Shown here: positions 30,543 through 43,361 of the stretch, one piece after another | Layout: each line of letters opens with the position of its first letter | Position numbering within the stretch: the stretch's first letter is position 1 | Assembly: GCF_009914755.1 (NCBI RefSeq) | Contig: NC_060927.1 | Strand: one strand, 5' to 3' | DNA length: 64,000 nt | Source of the DNA: the human T2T-CHM13v2.0 reference genome, Homo sapiens | Notes under the pieces: model-generated | The model's database searches: none | The model's input: only the letters and a program-made list of their open reading frames with translations | Told to the model about the DNA's origin: nothing | Program-made: the position numbers and the translations under genes

Positions 30543-31099
30543 GTCACAGTGAAAGCTGGTGGTGGAAAAGGCCTTTGTTTTCCAGAACCATGACCAGGTG
30601 ATAGCTCTGGATGGTTTCCAATGAAACACACAGTAAGTACAGGAAACAAGGGAGATGAATATCTTTGGTAGGAAAAAAAAAATCACAAATCAGATATACC
30701 TAATGACTGTAACTTTTATTATTCTCTGAACACCAAGGAACGTAAAGGCCATAAATTATGTTACATGTTGGTTAATTCTCCTTCAGAACACCCAGGCCAT
30801 TGGAACATTAAATGTGGAAAGTATGTGGCGGGGGAGAGAGGGTGAAGAAGCTATAATGAAAGGTTCACTGCACTCGGGTGGCAGATTAAACACAGAGCCA
30901 GATGAGGAGTCAAGCGTCACTAAAAATGCAAAACAAATCCAGCTAAATTATTTCACCTGCAAGGAAAAGTTTTTCTCACAACACAACACTGTTCTATGCC
31001 AACAAATGTAAACAAGAGCTAAGACGACTATCTGAAAAGCTCAGGCAGTTGGTGAGGAAGGCTCCTTGGGTCACAGAACCCTCCAAAACTTCTCACTGT

Positions 31100-31325
31100 A
31101 GCAGCTGAGAGCTGGCATCTGAAATCAAACTGGGTAGAGTTCAAGAATCACCTCTAACAGAGATTAGCTCTGAGACCTAGCAAGTTCTTTAATATCACAG
31201 AAAAAAAAAAGACAAAACAACACCTACATTACAAAGTTGTTGAAAGGATTCACTGAGATAATCCTCATAGACCACTTAGAACACTGCCTGGCACGTAATA
31301 AGTTCTCCATAAACGTGAGCCATGA
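31100..31325 (+). mobile_element. MIR SINE
   Basis: attagctctgagacctagcaagtt...gttgttgaaaggatt...cacttagaacactgcctggcacgtaataag. Confidence 0.75.
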
Positions 31326-31560
31326 GTTTTATGATGCTATAGGTCTATGATTATATAAGCATGAGTCTCCACATATGGCACAACAAACTGCTCTACTCAA
31401 CTCTACAGCCCTCGATGATGTCTCCACATTTTACATATTCCATGATAGTTTCCAATAATTTATATACATGTAAAGTATATTTGAGATGGTCGGTAAGATA
31501 ACATCATTCTCATTCATTCCCCTCCCCAATATAGTTCCTAAGGAGGAAAGATATGAATAG

Positions 31561-31917
31561 TGCTATGGTTTGGATTTGTGTCCACGCCTAAATCTCATGT
31601 CAAATTGTAATCTTCAGTGTTGGAGGAGGGGCCTGGTGGGATGTGACTGAATCATGGGGGCAGACTTCCTCCTTGCTGTTCTCGCAATAATGAGTGAGAT
31701 CTGGTTGTTTAAAAGTGTGCAGCACTTCCCCCTTTAGTCTCTTTCTCCTGCTCCCACCATGTAAGAGGTGCCTCCTTCCTCTTCACCTTCTACCTGAGGC
31801 CTCTCCAGCCATGCTTCCTGTACAGCCTGTGGAATGTGAGTCAATTAAACCTCTTTTCTTTATAAATTTCTCAGTTTCAGGTAGTTCTTTATAGCAATGC
31901 AAGAACGGACTAATGCA
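31561..31917 (+). mobile_element. MSTA-like MaLR solo LTR
   Basis: tgctatggtttggatttgtgtcc...aattaaacctcttttctttataaatt...ctttatagcaatgcaagaacggactaatgca. Confidence 0.9.
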
Positions 31918-31939
31918 GATGGGTCTACAGAAAGAGCAT

Positions 31940-32105
31940 AACCCAACAACCTTACATGGTAGGTACCATTATTGTCCCTATTTTACAAATAAACAATGTC
32001 CAGAGAAGAGGATGGACTTGCTCAAGGTCATACAGCTCATAAATGATGCAGCCAGGATTTGAGGTCAAGTAGTCCCAGTCTAGAATCTACCTTCTTAATC
32101 ACCAC
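31940..32105 (-). mobile_element. MIR SINE
   Basis: ggtaggtaccattattgtccctattttacaaat...gacttgctcaaggtcatacagct...ccaggatttga. Confidence 0.8.
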
Positions 32106-32885
32106 AAGACTCTACTCCTCCAAACAAGTGTCCTTCCTCTGTGTCCAGTAAAGAGGAACTCTGGGAACTGCTGGTCACATAATTGTTTATTCCTCCAGGT
32201 TCCCCAATGTCTGGCCCTAGAAAATGAGGATGTTTCACTCCCAACTAAGCATTTCCCTAAGCTACTATTTGTTATGCTGTTAGCTAAGATAGAAAGTCAA
32301 TTTTAAAATCGTCCATTTGAACAGTTATAGTAACTTTCGTAAATGGTAAATGAAACAATTTGAAAACACTGTCCAACATTTTACACAGTATCCCATCGAC
32401 CACAGCTAACTAAAGTAATTCACATGTGAATTTTATTCTCAAAAAAAGTGTATGCTTTGCTTTTGACAGATAATGAAAGCCATTTAATTCAATGTGGCTT
32501 TTTTTCTTTGCTTTTTCCTTTTTTTTTTTTTTTTTTTTTTTGCCAGAAAGCAGTGAGATAAATTGAATACCCATAAACTGAAGAAAATCTGTTAATTTGG
32601 GGTGTCTGGTTACACCTATTCTTGTGCTTTTTTAAAAGAGAGTCTGCCAAAGTTTATTCTCTTCTTAAATTACCTCATCTGAGCAGTATTTTCATTTGTA
32701 AATAATGGCCACATATTCTCTTTAAAGTAGGAGGAAATGGAGACCTTAAGTGTTTCAAGGAAACTTCAGGTCCCTCAAACCTCCTTCAAAGAAAACAACT
32801 GATGATTGTCTTTGAGGCAAGGAGACACTAGTCATCAGGCCATCAAGGGCAGGGAACAACCTGAACACTTTGCAGCTCTGCACTA

Positions 32886-33516
32886 CAGGTCCTCAACGTC
32901 GTTCTTGCATTAGTCCATTCTTGCATTGCTATAAAGTTCATTCAATGCCATCTGGTTGTAACACCGATAGAAAATAAATTGATTCCCAGTGGGGCCCCTG
33001 TCTATGTAGGGTCTGAACATTCTCCCCATGCTTGCATGAGTTTTCTCTGGGCAGTCAAGTTTTCTCCCACATCCCAAAGATGAGCATGGTAGGTGAACCG
33101 GCATGTCTACATGGTCCCCATCTTAGTGAGTATGAGTGTGTGTGTGTAGGTGTGTAGGTGAGTGGGTCCTGCAATGGGATGATGTCCTGTCCAGGGTGAG
33201 TTCCCACCTTGCACCCTGAGCTGCTGGGACATGCTGCAGCCATCCGAGACCCTCAACTGGAATATAAATAATTATCTTACTTGTTTTTATTACTCTTTCT
33301 TAAATGTGTATATAGTTCGCATAGATTTCAATGTAAAATATTCAAAGTGTTTTGGTCTATTTAGAAGTTTGACGGTATAGTTGTGACCAGAAATATGCCA
33401 TAGGAACTTAACTCTTATTTATATCAATTAGTCTATGGTGAAATTGGTTATATGTTGCTTTGCTTTATGTCCCAGTTTCCAGGAACCTATCAATGACATT
33501 AAGTAAGGACTTACTG
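32886..33516 (+). mobile_element. MER6A (TcMar-Tigger) DNA transposon fossil
   Basis: TA|caggtcctc start; ttctccccatg...tctcccacatcccaaagatg...tcctgtccagggt; gaacctatcaatgacattaagtaaggacttactg|TA end. Confidence 0.85.
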
Positions 33517-34629
33517 TACTTTACTATAGCTGAACAGGCTGCCACCCAAAACCATAATGAGCTACTATGACGACAGTCAATCAGGAGACATATCTGTGTT
33601 TCAGAGAAGAAAGCCAGCAGCTTTCTGGGAAAAAGCACAGAGGGAAACTCCCCTAAGCTGGAGCTATTTCCTAGCAGTAACTTGCCGCTGCAGTTTAGCC
33701 CTGTCATCTGTGTGTACTCCTCATTAAGTACCACATTATGGGCCATCATATCTTCTCCAGCTGCAAGTAAAGGCAATGTCCTGGAATTGCCCTATGGCCC
33801 AAATGTGTGACTAATGACTGAGACTTTGGCTTCTTGCTTGATGTTTGGCCTTCAGTATTACATGAACCTGCTCTGAAAGACACAACACTGTCACAGATGT
33901 ATGCGGACAGATTAAGCTCCAGATGGAAGGCTGTCAATGTCAATCAGTCACTGTTCTTACAGCCTGGCTGGCTTTTCATCTAAGCAACCACAGAGCATGA
34001 TCCTGCAGCACTCAGTTCCTTAGCTCAATTAAGTCTTAGGATTGGAGGTCAAGTTACCCTGGTTTCCTAAGCATTCTCTACCAAATGATTGTTTTTGCCT
34101 CACTCCTACTGATTCATTTATAGTAGCTTCTTTTGATGCATTCATCCTTGAGCATGTCTTCCCATTTCCAAGTGACTTGTTTCACTATTCTGCAGAATGT
34201 TCCAGCCCTTTGATGAACTATATATAATTGTCGAATCAGCTGTCCCACAAAGAGATAAAATCTGAATTAAATACAGGACTTGTTGTCAGGAGAGAACAGA
34301 TAAGGTGAAGAATTAGAAGACTAGCTGGGAAAAAGTAAGATGATTGAAGTTTATGAAACATTTCCCCCCCTCCTTTGAGTCTCCCAATCTGCTAGTTTCA
34401 GTCGGTTGGTTTTGTGTTCCTGTTGTGATATATGTTTAGTTCAAGGCTGTGGACTTTGTGCCTTGGTTACAGGTAAGTGCCTCTGTGTTTCTCATCTTTA
34501 TCTATCCAGTCACTTGTCTCCTCTCAAAGTTTCACTTTTTAAATATATATATGTTATTTAATATCAAAAGAATATCTTCACCTTTCATAAATTCCTAACC
34601 CTAGACTCTGGATGCCTAGGGTAAATTTT

Positions 34630-34737
34630 TAATTCTATTTTATTTATTTTAATTAAATTTAAATTAAAATTTGTTTTAATTAAATTTAAATTAAATATCT
34701 AATTCTACTTTTATTTATTTATTTAATTCTATTTTTA
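34630..34737. repeat. AT-rich patchwork duplication
   Basis: Two interleaved units: taattcta(c)ttttatttattt and ttttaattaaatttaaattaaa. Confidence 0.7.
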
Positions 34738-36161
34738 AGTCTATGGACTTGCTTGAACACACAGCTCACCAATGATGCAGGCAGGATTCAAGTCCAGGCA
34801 AATCATGGCTCTAGAGCTTGTGTTCTTAACTTCCACATGACATTGTCCCTCGGGAGGAATATTGTAACTCCCTATGTTTCCATTCCAAACTCTCAAATAT
34901 AAAATGATAATTACAAGGTACACGTTATTGCAAAACATGTATAAAAGCATATAAATCAAAGATTACATTTTGCCTCCTCTTCTTTTTCCCATCCCTCTAC
35001 CCTCATATCCACACAATTTCATTCCCTGAGGGAGCCTATATTAATAATTTGGCATGTACATTTTTGCATACAGACATATATTTTTCTAAGTTTCTATAAT
35101 ACATACTGTTCTGTCACATGTTTGACATCTTTTCATGTCAATTCATAGAGATGCTTGTTAATGGCTGCAGAGTAATTTCAATGTATAGACGTATAATACT
35201 ATATATAATACTATATTGAACCTCTTTAGCTACTTGGTCAAATATATCTACAGAATACGTTACTAGACATTTCAAGGAATTTCTATGTCAAAATATTTCA
35301 AATAGTTAATAGTTCCAAACTTCCCAATCCAAGTATAATATTTTTATTTATATCCACAACAGGGTATCCCCCTGATTTTGCCCATAGTGCTTATTATCCT
35401 AACCAACTGATTGATATTTTTAGTTTAATTATTTAAAAAATGAGGTTATAATGAGGTCCCTAAGAGTCCCTTAACCTAATTTACTAGGATCTACTTTATC
35501 TGGAGAGTAAAATAAAGCAACTACCCAATCTCAAAATATCCTTTTGCCCCTCCCAAATGACTCTTCTGGAATCATTTATATGCTGACCTCCATATAATTT
35601 ATTGGATTTATACGATCTTATATCTCTAGATTGAGTTACAAATGGATGAATCTCTTGAAACCTAGACCAAAAAATAAGAATAGAATAAAAAAAGAGTTTT
35701 TGGTATGGAAACTGTGACTCTCCAACGTCAGCAGAGACATTGAGAATGGTTTCCCATGTCCCCAGGCATAAACTAAAATATCCACTGCTTTTGGACAGTA
35801 TAAATGCAGAATATGCCCCCAGATGAATAGAAATGAGCAAATCTTGAGTGCAGAACTGAATTTCTTGGAGCTGTATTGGTTACCTGGAGCCATGAATTAA
35901 GTGGATCTGATTCTATCTCTTAAAGGAACAGAAAAAAAATTATTCCAGGTGATTACTGCTCCTCAAGCATGTGGTCACTCAAAGGACCTTCTTCTAGCTC
36001 CACGGGATACATAGTTGCTATTCATCAGCTCTGCTCACTGAAGATGCTGTGCTATGCATTCCAAATGGCGCCTTGGAGGACTAACTGATATCATTAACAC
36101 AGACTCGTAGAGATGTCATCATTTTCTTCTTCATCATCCTCGTCAAGATTAGTTTTAAGTG

Positions 36162-36460
<299 letters not shown>

Positions 36461-37099
36461 TCAAATCAGCCACATCGGGTAGGTTCCATTATTATTTAAT
36501 TCTGCAGATGTGAATACAAGGCCACAAGTTCGTAAGTGATACTGCCGGGGCTCAAAACACTTATGTATTATGTCAAAAGCCATGCTCTTAACCATTGCAC
36601 TATACTCCCTTCTACAGGCATAAAATTTTAAAAATATATACCAGAAGAGCAAAACAATCCCAAGTATGGGAAGGATGAAAGAGAAGGGTGGCAGTTGGCA
36701 CAGTGGAGCATAATGGGCCAGTCTGACTGTAAGACTCCTGTTTCATAATGTCTGCATGTCACTAAAAAGGATCTAGACCAAGGTTCACAAACACAAATGA
36801 ATATAGGGTCCAGGACGTTAACATACATGAGTAAAGAGGACCAAGTGCATGACAGAAAGAGTGGTGAAGAACGTGGTAAACTGAAACACATGCCCCAAGG
36901 GAAGAAGGCAATACTCTCATGTGTGTATGTGGTTCAAATGTTGCCAAATCTATGAATTTTTTTTAACAGAAGAAAAAAAATCCAATTTTAATGCAAAATG
37001 TTTCTATTTCCAAATTATGATTTCAATGTCATGTTTAAAAACACTTTGAGGATGACTTAGTTCCCTCTGACCTCCACACATAAGCATTAACATGGACAG

Positions 37100-37720
37100 A
37101 AGTATAGCAGCAGTGTGAGGTGCTTTCCCAGCAGCCATCAGTCCTTCATCCTTGCTAACATACCTTGATCTTTCTCAGGTACCTGCAGGTGGTAATGTGT
37201 CCAGGGAAGATAGGCCTTACTCTCAGCATAAGAGGCTGAAACGTACTGGTCTCAGCCAGTGAAGGTAACTGAATACTTCATTGACATTGACTGGTCTGGG
37301 ATGGGATGCATGTGTGACTCAGTTCTAGCCAAAGAGAAATAGAAAGATATCTGCTAAGACACTTTAAGGAAAGATTTTCTTTCTTGAAATGGAAAGAGAG
37401 AGAGAGAGGCCCACCACGAGATGGCCCTTTTTGCTCCCTTCCCTCCTATCCTGTGTTGAATGCTAATCCAGGACACTGTGGTGTTGAAAGCTCTGGCAGC
37501 CATTTTGTGGCATGAGGTAACAAGTCTAAGGATTAAGGCCAATACACCGCCAATGGTGGAATGAAAGCATGAAAGGAGCTTGGATCCTTGTTTAGCAGCC
37601 AAATCAACACTGAGACTACTTAATTTGAGGTTTCTTATATAGGAAACAGTAAATCTCCTTGTGATTTATGGTACTATTAGTTGGGTGTTCTGTTACTTCA
37701 TACTGAATACATTCTAATGA
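37100..37720 (+). mobile_element. Old ERVL LTR (LTR33/LTR16-like)
   Basis: catgtgtgactcagttctagccaa...ggcagccattttgtggcatgagg...gttgggtgttctgttact. Confidence 0.55.
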
Positions 37721-38432
37721 AGGATCTCACTTTCAACCTTACTTCAGAGTTCTAGCTTTTTGTTTACAGCATCCTTCATGCAGGAAAACTTCAAGTTTAC
37801 ACAGAGTGTGCAACTAGATGTGAGATAAGGCTCTGCCACTTGAGAACGCCCACACGCTGCTTCAAAAATTTAAATTATGCTGTTAGCTTTTCAAGATGGA
37901 TGAAATCCTTCATAGGATCATATAGCAAGGACTAAATTGCTCTCACAGTTGCCAGGCAACTGTGTATATGCTGCCTAGAGACAAAAATTCATGACCCTTG
38001 ACTCCCCAAAGGAGAGTCTTTACCCACAACTGATATGCATGTGCCCAAGTCTAACACTTCCATCCAGCAAAGGTCATGGTGTACATCTGGGCTATCCAAC
38101 ATCGCAAGCTCATTATACTGCCAACTTATATCATTCTTGATCACACCATAAATTATGATTTCTGCATGCAAATCCAAATGACAGAGCAGAGAGTGTCCTG
38201 GGGCATAATTCCCTGTCCTTTGGCCTGTCTTATTATATAGACTGATTGGGTACCATCCAGGCAAACAAAAAAAAGACACATGAACGTTCCTATTAGCCTG
38301 AAGAATCACTGTCAGGTAAACAGAGTTTTGTAAACAGCTTCCAATATTCAAGGAAAGTTTGAGTTTTCACAGTGAGTAATGTGATCAACTTTAATAATGT
38401 CTCAAGGGGCTTCTATCTCATGAGTCATTTTC

Positions 38433-38433
38433 A

Positions 38434-38467
<34 letters not shown>

Positions 38468-38474
38468 ACACACA
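38433..38474. repeat. (CA)n microsatellite
   Basis: acacacac... run with one CAT interruption. Confidence 0.95.
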
Positions 38475-39082
38475 GGCTAAGATGTGCTCATCATTCTATT
38501 AGAAAGGAAATCTCAAAATGCAAATATAGATGGTGTGTTCACATTTACATTTCATAATGATCTAAGTGTTTTGTTTTTGCATGTGAATTTCATAATACTT
38601 TAAATCATAGAATCATGGTATATAAAAATCAAAAGTGACCCTGAGATCAAGAAGGTCCAATCCAAGAGAAATTAAATGGCACAGCTGCTTAGGGGTGAAC
38701 ACTGAATCCAAGTTGCTGGACTCTCAGTCTACTGCCCTTCCCCAAAACTAACATGCTTGTCCCTCAGGCAGTCAACCCTTAATCATTGTGATGATAAACA
38801 TCAGGGACAACTTAATTTCAACTTGACAATAAATCAAACTCTCCATGTAGCCATTAGTTGCTGTACTAGTCAGAAAAAGGTTAAGTTGAATGTGAACCAC
38901 TCTTTTACTACCTCCCACTTCAAAAAAAAAAAAAAATGAACGGAAGCTTGAATATACAAGCTTTTATTCTCTCATTTAACAAGTTTGGAGATCAGTAGTC
39001 TAGTGCTGACATGGCAGTTCTACAGACCCATTACAGACCTAGATGCCTTCAACTTACTGTATCTCCATTCCTAGAGGGTGAC

Positions 39083-39475
39083 TGCCTTAGTCTGCTTTGT
39101 GCCGCTATAACAGAACCTGAGACTAGGTAATTTATAAACAACAGAGATTTATTAGCTTACAATTCTGGAGTCTGGGAAGCCCAAGATCAAGGGCCCACAT
39201 CTTGTGAAAGCCTTCTTGCTGTGTTACACATGTAATAAGGCACCACATGATGAGAAACAGCACGCAAAGGAGCAAGAAGTGACTAAACTCACTTGGATAA
39301 CAAACCCACTCTTGCAATAGTGAACCCATTAACAAAATAATGACATTAATTTATTCACGGGGGTAGATCCCCCATGCCCTAATCACCTCTTAAACAACCC
39401 ACTTCTCAACACTGTTGCATTGAGGAATTAAGTTTCCAAAACATAAACTCTGGGGGACACATTCAAAACACAGCA
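39083..39475 (-). mobile_element. MST-family (MSTC-like) MaLR solo LTR
   Basis: tgccttagtctgctttgtgccgctataacaga...ggggacacattcaaaacacagca. Confidence 0.85.
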
Positions 39476-39487
39476 TTCATCTTCTTA

Positions 39488-39825
<338 letters not shown>

Positions 39826-40390
39826 TTAATGAGCCGTTATGTCTGCACCCCAGTTGGCAGCAAGGAGGAAGCTGTAATGCATCTTCTCTTTAAGGATTCT
39901 CCTAGTTAGTGTACCCTTGAAAGCAAAGCCTAAGACAAGGACCAAGGGCATAGGTTTGGGTAGATTATTTGGATGGTAATCTCAGAAAATTTGAATGAAA
40001 GAGATGAGACAGTAAAAACTGGAAGGAAAAAGGAAACAGCATGTGTTATCAACACCTGGGGTGCTATGTGAGGAGCTGTGTGGAATGTACCCACAACTGT
40101 CCATCTGATAGAAGGCTGTGGCAACCCACCAATTGGTTGAGCATTGCCTGTAGTGCTGTTACTTCCCCGGCTATGCTTGTGCGTGGGCTGGGAAGCCTTC
40201 TTTTGGTTTTGAGTAAGGCCTAAACCAGAATAGTAGATGTACAGCACAGCAGAACTTGAGGACCCTGGCAGCACATGACAGCATCTGCCACAGCTGCAAT
40301 GAAATTAGGTGGGGATAGGGAATGTGGCACTGTGCACCTGCTACAAGAAAATGTCCAGAAAGTTGCTCATAAAGTTTCTTATTATCTCTA

Positions 40391-41009
40391 TGCATCAGGA
40401 GTCCCCAAGACAATCCTTAGACTCAATGATTCACTAAAAGACTCCCAGAACCCAGAAAAACTATGTACTCATGGTTATGGTTTGTTACAGAGAAAGGACA
40501 CAGATTAAAATCAGCAAAGTAAAAAGGTATATAGGAAAGAATCCAGGAGAAAACAGGCACAAGTTTACAGTGTCCTCTACCAGTAAAATCACACAGCTGG
40601 TTCTTAATTGTCCCAGCAACTATGTATGACAACATGTATAAAGTATTGCCAACCCAAGAAGCTCACCTGAGCCTTGTTGTCCATGATTTTTATTGGGGTC
40701 AGTCACATAGACATGGACTTCCCACACGAATGACCTTAATTACCCAGTCTCCAGTCCCCCCAGAGGTCAAATTGATACAACATAGCCCAGGGCTTCAGGT
40801 GAACAGAAACAGCGTTCACCAACAATCACATTGTCAGTATAAACTATCTGGCAAGACCCACAGTTTCAGGTATTCAAAGGCACTTTTCTCAGTTAGGGTG
40901 CTTCAAAAGCTCCAAGGTTATCTCTTTGGAGATGGTCAAGGGCCAGTCTTTTCTTTGGTATCTGCAGAATTTGAACACCCCAAGCCTTGAGTTAACCCTT
41001 TACTGAACA
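40391..41009 (-). mobile_element. MER77/MER21-group LTR
   Basis: gagtccccaagac...cagattaaaatcagcaaa...ttttattggggtcagtcacataga...gagttaaccctttactgaaca. Confidence 0.75.
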
Positions 41010-41129
41010 ACCTGTTTGGTCAGAACTTAGTCAAATGGCCATAACCACCTGCAACAAAAGTAAGAAATGCAGTCTTTGTTCTGGGAAGCTATATTCCTAC
41101 TCAATATTTGGGAATTCTATTATTGTATA

Positions 41130-41910
41130 ATGGTGGTTCTCAAACTTCAGCACATCAGAATCACCTGGAGAATTCATTAAAATAGACTGCACAACCCCCT
41201 CCTCAGAGTTTCTGATTAAGTAAGTGTAGGGTGAGGCCTGAGAATTTGCATTTCAGTAATTTACCAGGTGTATTACTATCCGAATAAAGCCAGAACAAAT
41301 TTACACAAACTTTGGGCTTAAAACAACACAAATTCATTATCTTACTATTCTGTGGGTCAGAAGTCTGACACAACTCGCACCAAGCTCAAATCAAGGTGTA
41401 AGCAGACTCCTTTCTGCAGTCTCTAGGGAAGAATGTTTCCTTGCTCATTCCGGTTGTTGGCAGAATGCAGTTCTGAAGTCCTGTTTCCTTATTGCCTGTC
41501 AGCTGAAGGTCATTCTGAATTTCTAAAGGCCTTCCACATTTGTTAGGAGGTTGACCCCTCCTTCCATCATCAAGTCAGCAATGAGGGGTTGGGTTCTTTT
41601 CATGCTTTGAATCTCACCTGCCTCCTCTATCGCCATATCTTTCTGATTGCAGCCTGAAAAGGTTCTCTGATTTTTAGAGCTCATTTGACTAGACTGGGCC
41701 CACCCAGGTATTCAGGAGAATCCCCCCATCTCATGGTCTGTAATCTTAGTCACATATGCAAAGTCTGTTTTGCCAGGTAAGATAGTATATTCACAGGTTC
41801 TGGAGATTGGGGTGTAGATATCTTTGGGGGGAGGGCGCATAATTCTACCTACCACACCAGTCAGTTCACTCTGATTCTGTGGTTAGGGAACACACTTTGA
41901 GAACCACCAA
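41130..41910. mobile_element. MER5-type hAT element split by an MLT1 LTR
   Basis: gtggttctcaaact...gaatttgcatttc on the left and cacactttgagaaccac on the right (inverted termini). Confidence 0.75.
41269..41856 (-). mobile_element. MLT1D/E-type MaLR solo LTR
   Basis: ggcttaaaacaacacaaattcattatctta...ttcacaggttctggagatt...attctacctaccaca; flanked by ccag(g/t). Confidence 0.8.
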
Positions 41911-42464
41911 TATAGAAAATAAGAGAACCAGAAGACTCTTCCACAATGTAGCCTTATTTTACATTGTTGGAAAGTCAATGAAAGCTTTTCACAAACTGGT
42001 TGACTGCAGCTTTACCTCTTCAGTGGGCCCCTTTCCTACTCAAAAAGTAATGAGAAAAAGGCAGCAAGGGGGACCAGAGAATAGAGAAACAAAAACTGAA
42101 ATCACTCCCTGACTAGATTAATCAGCTCTTGCATACTCTGGCCATTTATCAGATATATTCAGTGAAATTCTTGGTTGAGAGAAAGAGGGAGAAAACACAA
42201 GCCAATCCTGAATCAAAATTAATAGAGAATTCTACTAGAATTCAACAGGTTTTTCTTTTTTATTTTTTAATGGCAAGATCCCTGAAGGCCTTTAAAATAC
42301 GAATGTCTGCTTTAAATCTCCAAGAAGGAGGGCAGAGTTCTTGAAAATGATAGCCATGGTTTTTTTCGTGGCACATATAATGGAATTGGGCTGCCTGGAA
42401 AAATGCTTGAGTAAAGGTTGCTCCACAAGGGGAAAGGTGGTAACTCAATGCACCTTCACTTTCT

Positions 42465-42650
42465 AGGTTGGTGCTTCTCAATTTGGCTGCATATTGAAAT
42501 CATCTTAGGAGCTTTAAAAAGCGCTGATGTCTAGGTCACACACCCCAGTGATTCTGAAGCAATTGCTCTGGGGCATGTCTTGGGCATTGTGCTTTTCCCC
42601 CAACATCTCGCAGATGATTCTAACGTGTAGCCATGATTAAGGACCGTTAT
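42465..42650. mobile_element. MER5-type hAT element
   Basis: gtgcttctcaatttggctgcatattgaaatcatcttaggagcttt...gatgattctaacgtgtagcca. Confidence 0.7.
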
Positions 42651-43076
42651 GGTAGGTGATAACCCTGTTTTCCTGAGTCTATTAGCATATGTAGTTACTA
42701 ACCAGAGTCAGTAAACTAGGTATTGTTCTCTGTATTTTAATTCCTGCCCAACCAAATTAAGGAAGTAATTTCAAAAATTAAAAGAGAAGAGATAATCTAG
42801 AGTGGCAGGCAGTACTAACCAACTCCACATTCAAGAATAGCATCCTTTCTTAACCAGCATTGCGTGATTTTAAACTCTTCGTATCCCCAGAATTTAGCAC
42901 AGTGCCCCACACATAGTATATGTTCAGGAAGAACTGTGGTAAATGATAAAGAATTATGAACAAAGTCCTCTTCAAAATGAAGATTGCAGGAGAATCAAGC
43001 TTCAGTCAGATCTAAGTGCACACTACTCTAGTGAGATAAGCCAATCAGATAAGCAGGATGGGGAACCACCATTTTG

Positions 43077-43361
43077 GTTTTGTTGTTGTTGTCATTGTTG
43101 TTTTTGAGACAGAGTCTCACCTAGGCTGGAGTGCAGTGGTGCGATCTCGGCTCACTGCAATCTCCGCCTGCAGGTTCAGCTGATTCTCCTGCTTCAGCCT
43201 TCTGAGTAGCACGCCTGGCTGGCTAATTTGTGTATATTTTTAGTAGAGATGGGGTTTCACCATGTTGGCCAGGCTGGTCTCAAACTCCTGACCTCAAATG
43301 ATCCACTCAACTCGGCTTCCCAAAGTGCTGAGATTACAGGCATGAGCCGTCATTCCTGACC
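43077..43361 (-). mobile_element. AluS with small internal deletions
   Basis: Reverse Alu; 15-bp TSD ggaaccaccattttg at 43062-43076 and 43363-43377. Confidence 0.94.

Noticed and set aside
32498-32546. Long T tract followed by CAG as a + strand splice acceptor
   Set aside because: No convincing downstream donor or ORF; most simply a mononucleotide run
37989-38351. 120-aa minus-strand ORF in unique DNA
   Set aside because: Non-ATG start, no recognisable domain, weak splice signals; within chance expectation
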